This document shows positions 46,371 to 52,826 of a stretch of DNA of 52,826 nt, in pieces; positions within the stretch are counted from its first letter, which is position 1, and every line of letters begins with the position of its first letter. Under the pieces are notes generated by a model. That model ran no database searches. It saw nothing but the letters and a program-made list of their open reading frames with translations, and was not told the origin of the DNA. The position numbers and the translations under genes were made by a program. This stretch comes from Lenisia limosa. Its lineage: Eukaryota; Protista; Breviatea. The stretch lies in the NCBI GenBank assembly GCA_001655205.1, contig LPNZ01008798.1, positions 1 through 52,826 of the forward strand, in the 5' to 3' direction.

Positions 46371-49300
46371 TTATCCAGTAAATCGTCTCATTTCATCAAT
46401 TGCCTTCTCATATCAACGTAACTTGAATGCTTTCAGACGACCAGGACGATGAACACTCCTAAAAGTCATCAGCAATCATTAGTCGAATAGTTGGGAGCAA
46501 TTATACCTCAGCTCCTTTCGTAGTTGTGCCAACTCTTCTTCACACTCATGCCGTTCTTTATCAATTTCTGTCCCCTCTTCTTTCAGCCGAGCTTCTTCAG
46601 CTTCAGAAACCTTGAGAATGATGACAGAAATGGGATAATGAGCATCAGTTGCCAAAATCCAAGCATCACCACCCTTCCACCTCAATTCAGACAGTTCCGT
46701 GCCTATTTCACATATAGGAAAAAAAAGCCCTCAAGTGGTGTAATCGGCTGAAAGTACACACAAAAAATTACCCCAGCCTACCCCAAGTTTATCTCTAAAC
46801 TCCTTCCAAAGAGCATTGAGTTGCTGACCAACAAGCTGTTTCACCATAGAAGAGGGTGGTACATTACCGGGCTTTCTTTTGGGGCTATACAGGATAAAAT
46901 AGGTTACAAAAGAGACGTGCAGCATACATATCACCAGCATATCCAGACTTGAAGTGCCTCATATCAGCAACCAAGCGAGCTAACACATGCGATCGGGACA
47001 TTAAACGGCTTTCAGCACCTTGATCATGAAAATATGTCTTCTAACAACACATTAAATGTAACCTGCCAACTTTCAGTCACTTCGGCGTCAGCCTCTTCTT
47101 CATCTGGTTTGTCTTCCCCATCTAATCCATATGATAACACAAGAAGCAACAAAGAAAATGGCAATACCAACTGGGATCATGCAAAAGGGCTTGGTTTGAC
47201 TTTGACGATAGTTTCTCATTCTGTGGAATGGTTAACTTAATTCTGAGTGAGAAAACAATTCAAATGATACAAGATGAGAAATAAAACAAGCTTGTATCTG
47301 GCCGAAGCCATCCACACCATAGATTATAGTATGATTAATTCCCTCACTAATTGTGTTTTAATATAGTATTTTAGATGATATGATATGTGCACAATAACCT
47401 AGTCCTAAGCCCGTCTTGCGCCATAGAATAATATTATCGTAAATTGATAACATCCTCGAAGGAGAATGCCCCCACACGACTTCAAACCTGGTGTGCCTTG
47501 AGTGTCTGAGCCTTCAGCATTGCTGTCATTGCGGAGTAGGCCTCGAGAAGGGCGTTTTCTGACTTCTCATACGTCATTTCCAAGGACTCAAGTTCTACAA
47601 CGTAAAAGTACAAGCATCTCACGTGTTTGATGGAGTTCAACCGTCCTCTCAAGGTCAGTTAAGCGGGCGTTGGTGTGAACTGATGACAACGCCGTGTCTT
47701 GTGTCATTTCTGACAAGCCCTGAGGGTAAGGCATCATCAGAGATTCAGATTCATACCGATTCAATGATTTGGCGGTGCAGGACACGGATGTGATTGAGAC
47801 AAGACTGACGCATTGTTTGGTACTTATCCTGTGCGCTAACCAATTTGGACTAGAATATTACGCAGGACTCTCTGGCTCACTTTCACCTGGGCAATTTGGA
47901 CTGAAAGTTGCATTTCGTTGATAGTTTTGACATGTGGCTGGTTCTGAAGGATGAAACTGAAGGTCCTTAAACTACATCAATTGCTTCAAGACGAGAGGAC
48001 TCTTTAGGAGCAGGAGAAGATGTAAGGCTGTTTTTCTGTACAAGTTGCTGCTGCTTTCTAGATGGGTGAGTCGAGGTGAGACAACTTACATTTTCTCCCG
48101 TTCCTCCTCAAGAGCACTTGCCTCCTTTCGGGCTAGAGTATGATGTGATGTTCTTTGAAAAAAGGGTGTGTCAAAGAATAAATTTGCCCATAAAAGCAGG
48201 GCTTCGATATCAGAGCACGTTATTCTTTTTTTGAATGTCATATTGAACGATATTCACTCCTTTCTTTAATAAGACTATCACTCAAAAATAAATCACTTCA
48301 AGGAAGCCTATTGTTGGATTTGAAATCTGATATCTGAGACACCCTTCCCACTTGGAACTCTTAAAATGGAAGTCTACCCCAATTACCTCTGGAAAACGAG
48401 TTGTAAGCGGCGCTGACTGACTCTCTTTCAGCCTCCAAAGACTTCAAAGCTGAAATGTCAGAGTACAATGAAAAAAAAAAAGTGCATGCTCACTTCGAGT
48501 GATAACCTGGAGAGACCGGTTTAGCTGGGCTTCTCCTTCCATCCGAATTCCTTCAATCTAAACCTGTGATGACCTGAAGGATACCGCCAGGCGCGTCAAT
48601 ACCCAGTGTGCTTTCACCTCAGATAGGACATTTTCCAGAGAAGCTGCCTCAGTCACGTGCTCCCGGAACCACGACTCCACTCCGCTCAAAACAGTATCAC
48701 GGTCCTTGAGTGTCAATACTTGGTTTGATCTTGGTACCTATTACCTACCTGAATGTGAAGATGACGAAGTAAAACACCACTTTTGGCACCAGAACCCGAT
48801 GACAGCAACTGCGAGCCGCCATCTACTATCTGAATAGAAGTACTACTGAAAAGAAGGTGCATAATCGAGAAACAAAAAAGTCACAAGAAAGAGCTTTCTT
48901 ACCTTCATTTACCCTGTCAGTGCGCAATATGGAAAGAGCCGAATCGGCACGGGACATACTAGGCCGTCGGCCCAGTGATGTCATCGGACGGTTGCTTCCT
49001 ACTAGTCATGCTGGGGTGGATACCCTACCTGTTCCGTTGGGGACTGTATACTCAAAATTTCGTACAATTTCTTCCAGTTTAGTTGACATGTTTGCTAGTT
49101 CTGGAAGGACGTTACAAACATTGCGTCCACAATAGATCGTGGGGTTACAAAAAGGCAATATCACATACGAGTTTGACTTTCGGTAGGGCCTTCTGCTATC
49201 CTGGATTTATAAAAAGGAAAGCTTGAACGGTTTAAAAGCAGTCAACGAAATGAGTAAAACCTACCATGAAGAGTTGCGATCCAACCTAGAGTTGTCTATT

Positions 49301-50685
49301 GACGGGGAATAAGTAATGTTGTCGTCTAGAATCAGTTCAAAAATGGGTAACTTTATATTTTGGAGAAATGGCAACAGTTGAATAAATACTTACATTGTCC
49401 GTTTGAATTCACGGTCATGCGTTGTAAGTAGGAGTTGATCTATAAATAATGGTTAGCATGATTACAGAACGAACAAACATTGTCATCAAGACCTGAGACG
49501 AGGGCAGGACCAAGAGGCAAAATACCTTCAGTATTTGCGGTTGTCCCTTGCGTAGCTGTAACTGTATCTACTTGGTGACTTTTGACTATATCTCAGTTTT
49601 GTACTTTTTGGTATGGACATATCAAATATACTAAACTCATTGCATGACTAAACACCAGGAAAATATGTATTTATAAGAAAAAAAAAACTATCATCCATCT
49701 GGTATGTAAAACCAGATAATCACAAGTATAAAACTAAACAAAGAGCGGTGTGGATGCTTGACCATCTTAGTAAGAAACCAGGCATCAATTCAACTCTATA
49801 CCCAGCAAACAATACTCCTCAGGGGGGTCCGGAGGATGGAAGGAAGTGATGCCTTTTGTAGGACTATCTGGAAGAGCACTTAAAACTAAACTGAATTAGA
49901 CAAGAACGTCAGTAATTTACTATTTGAAACCTGGGGCTGTATTGTGTCTCTTCTTAGTTCCGTCTCCTTCACTCCAATCTAAGGATTAGAGGCTGTGAAG
50001 TGAAGATGTTATTTACCTCCACTGCAACTTCATAAGTGTTGAGAGTCACATCCTGGGTTGATGATCGTCGTAGAGTTTCAAGCACCTAATGAGTCAAGGA
50101 TTTCCCTGAAGGAAAAGACACACACACAGCCCATTGGCCAACTTGAGTTTCGACCTCCTCAACGATTCCGTCTTTCTTCTTTTTTTTTTCATTCTAATTT
50201 TGATAAAATCATTGAAGACCACTCAGTCCATTTCTTAATCTTTACGCTATTTTTATCTCTCATAATAAAGAATTCTTAAATGTAACAGTTGTAAAATGCA
50301 TAACATAATATAGTACCAACCATTTTGAAATCATTAATTCTGCGTTTGACCTCTTTAGCATCCTCAGAGCTGAGTTGTCCTAAAAATCGCCTCCTATGCA
50401 GTGAACAACAGGACAGTATTGGCTGAAAAACAATGAAACAAACACGCCCCCCCCCCCTCAAGCCAACTGCGCAGGGGGTGCCATAATCATTCTTGGAGGC
50501 GGCATGCTCCGATAAGTTGCCAGAGGGGCACGTTGTGTTTTAGAATGTCGATGTGATCGTGGAGTCCTACTCACTCGCTGGGGAGTGAGGCAAAAGAAAA
50601 CAAAGCAGACATTAGTTGGTGGTGAGGGCTCATGCCCATGTCCAGGCCTCTTAATTGTTGTGAACAAATGATCGCAAGATGACAT
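46371..50685 (-). CDS. Multi-exon orphan gene with C-terminal coiled coil (approximate; could be two genes)
   Basis: Run of GT/AG-bounded open segments: RRFLGQLSSEDAKEVKRRINDFKM|, LPELANMSTKLEEIVRNFE, RLTDLERTVELHQTRE|, VKQLVGQQLNALWKEFRDKLG|, EAEEARLKEEGTEIDKERHECEEELAQLRKELR|. No family recognised. Confidence 0.5.
47270..47467 (-). repeat. Family B internally deleted copy within an intron
   Basis: The minus strand reads ttctccttcgaggatgttatcaatttacgataatattatt...atggcgcaagacgggcttagga...atggtgtggatggcttcggccagatac, matching 13724-13840 and 13960-14005. Confidence 0.8.
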
Positions 50686-50918
50686 TTTCGTTTGCGTGCT
50701 TCACACGTGCTTTAAATACAAATAATATCAGCCAATCAATCAGCAATCAGTACCACCAAAGTACCACATGTACCACACTGACCTAACCTTCATCCCGGTA
50801 CGCACCAGGCATAATTCCTCCGCTAAAAGGTTTTCGTCTTCGTAGTACCAGTTGGTATCATATCATATTACTGTTCCAGTTAAGATTTGGACCCGGGATA
50901 CTACTGGAGTTCGTCCTA

Positions 50919-50972
50919 TACCCTCCAGGGGCTCCGAGCGACTCCGTGTTTCAGACTCTGGGGGGTCCAGAG
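50919..50972. promoter_or_regulatory. Second copy of the bipartite GC-rich element seen at 18561-18626
   Basis: taccctccaggggctccgagcgac ... tggggggtccagag, ~230 bp upstream of the minus-strand orphan gene start. Confidence 0.5.
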
Positions 50973-51353
50973 TGCGTTACGAGGTTACGAGCTAGTTTTG
51001 TCAATATCAACCCAAGCTTAAAGCCTCCTTCTTACGTGCTTGCCTTCTTGCCTTCTACTTCTACAGGTCTTTCAGGGTGCTTTCAGGGAGCCTCCAGGTC
51101 TTCAGGTCTACAGGTTGGTCCTTCTTCACAACTTTTCACCGTTCGGTTTGCGTAATATACGATTGGTGGTGTTACGACGCTCACCCATCAACCTCCCATC
51201 AACGCAAAAAATAATTTTTGTTGTTCGTTTGTTATCGTGCTTTTTTTTTTTTTTTTTTTTTTTTNNNNNNNNNNNNNNNNNNNNNNNNNNNNNNNNNNNN
51301 NNNNNNNNNNNNNNNNNNNNNNNNNNACAAGGTTTCTGGCTGACTTTGGAATC

Positions 51354-51417
51354 AAACGTGAAGGACAAGATGGGAAAGGGGTAAGAAACGTGAAGGACAA
51401 AATGGGAAAGGGGTAAG
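51354..51417. repeat. Tandem duplication, 32-bp unit x2
   Basis: aaacgtgaaggacaa(g/a)atgggaaaggggtaag at 51354 and 51386. Confidence 0.9.
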
Positions 51418-52826
51418 AACAAACAAGGTTTCTTAACATCTGAAATTAATAATATTTTCAGTCGTCATTGAAGACTCATTTTTGCAGAATCGTTTGGGAC
51501 GAAAACAACCTTGAAGAAAATCAGGTTTGTTGGCTCTCAAGGCCCTTCTTGGCCTGTTCCTTTTTTGACTGGAACAGAAAATCAAGGACAGTCTTGAACA
51601 CCGTTTTCCTGTTGATGAAGATGACACACCCTTTATTTAGTATGCAACAATGAAGGGGAACACTAAGGGCTCCATTTTTGGCTGGGAACAAGTATATTCT
51701 TCATTGACAAATTAATTCGAAATGAAAAAGTTTCTATCAACCACTCATTAGTTTTATTTCAAAATAATGTTGTATTATCTGATTTTCTACAACTTATTAC
51801 GCAATTATTTTCAATTATTTGCTTCGAAAAAAAAACAAACAAATGAATTGCAAAGTGCCCTAGGAACACTCCATTGTTGATTTATTTTTTTGGATTTTAC
51901 TTTATTTAGTGAAACTCAAGAAATCTCAGATGAGTCTGATCATGGAGGTAAATGGGATAGATTATTCAAAAAACAAATATATTATTAAATAATATTCCAA
52001 ATACGTTTTTCTAACACCAAATGTAGTGGCAGCAGGATTCACCTCAGGCTGAGGTTGACAGCCTTTAATCTAACTTGTTATGAATTCAGTTTAACGATTC
52101 AACTGACATTCTAGGCGAACAGCTCGAGGCGGACTTGATGAAAGCTCTAGAGGAGGGTAAGCTAAAAGTTGTTTAAGTGACATAAATCGCTTTGGCCTAA
52201 TTTGACACTGAAAGTAGATTATAAACTTATTTACTACGTTTGATCAAAATTACTGAAGATTTTTTTATTTATCTTAGTCCTAACTGCTGCTCCTAATATC
52301 AAAAATTGCTTTTATCACACGAATTATAAGTCACTCAAGTGCAAAAGCTGCACGCATATCGATATCTCGATCGGTTTTGGTAATATTTGTACTCGACCGT
52401 GCCAGTTTCGATTTTATAACCTACCCAGGGGTCTTGAATCGGAATAATGTCGGAGACTAAATTTAGCCACTTGTTCAAATTGGCTTTAAATTTATAATTA
52501 ACATAAAATAATAGCTAATTTGTTATTAATAACACTATATGCGTCCGTTCAAAATTCCGGTTTTTTTGCCAATTCCGGTTTTTAGACAATCTTGAAGTTG
52601 AATTCTCTCAAAAAGTGGTGGAAACCACAGAAGGATCTTGAAAGAAAATTTTTTTTTATTATTTTTTGAAAAAATTTGACCTTAAAGTCAAAATATTCCT
52701 TGACTAATCTTTAAAAAAAATAATTTTTTTGTGTTTATGCCCGTTCCACTCAGTTTAGTTTCGAATAGCCTTTTTCTGAAACCGCAGACCTCTAAAACCT
52801 ATGGATTCATGCAGTTTTCGTCAAAA

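Noticed and set aside
50980-52200. Short ORFs and exon-like pieces near the right end (e.g. EQLEADLMKALEE|gtaag)
   Set aside because: No consistent frame or recognisable domain could be assembled; may be a decayed gene or transposon fragment.

Overview
Eukaryotic nuclear DNA from a compact, intron-dense genome. Most GT-AG introns I could resolve are about 30-70 nt, the standard genetic code fits, and many N gaps abut poly-G/poly-C runs. TCTEX1D2 and TEX9 point to a flagellated protist; the lineage cannot be named from this window. Recognisable genes are a stand-alone tandem calponin-homology protein, COG3, TCTEX1D2/DYNLT2B, TEX9, an RDH-type short-chain dehydrogenase, a Cys-rich multi-TM surface protein, the mitochondrial citrate carrier SLC25A1, ABCF2 and a COMMD1-like gene. 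There is also a ~10.7-kb coiled-coil + ARM gene, an upstream ARM gene and several orphans. The supplied ORF track mostly shows exon fragments. All gene models are manual, and ends flagged approximate are uncertain. No prokaryotic features, CRISPR array, rRNA or convincing tRNA were found. Notable non-genic signals: (1) a MITE-like repeat with GTATG...CATAC ends that appears to have inserted into a splice donor and regenerated it; (2) three short tandem duplications that each straddle a splice junction, one possibly creating a new intron; (3) near-strict strand alternation, with short-motif clusters in the head-to-head intervals; (4) other small dispersed repeats that account for several of the long introns.
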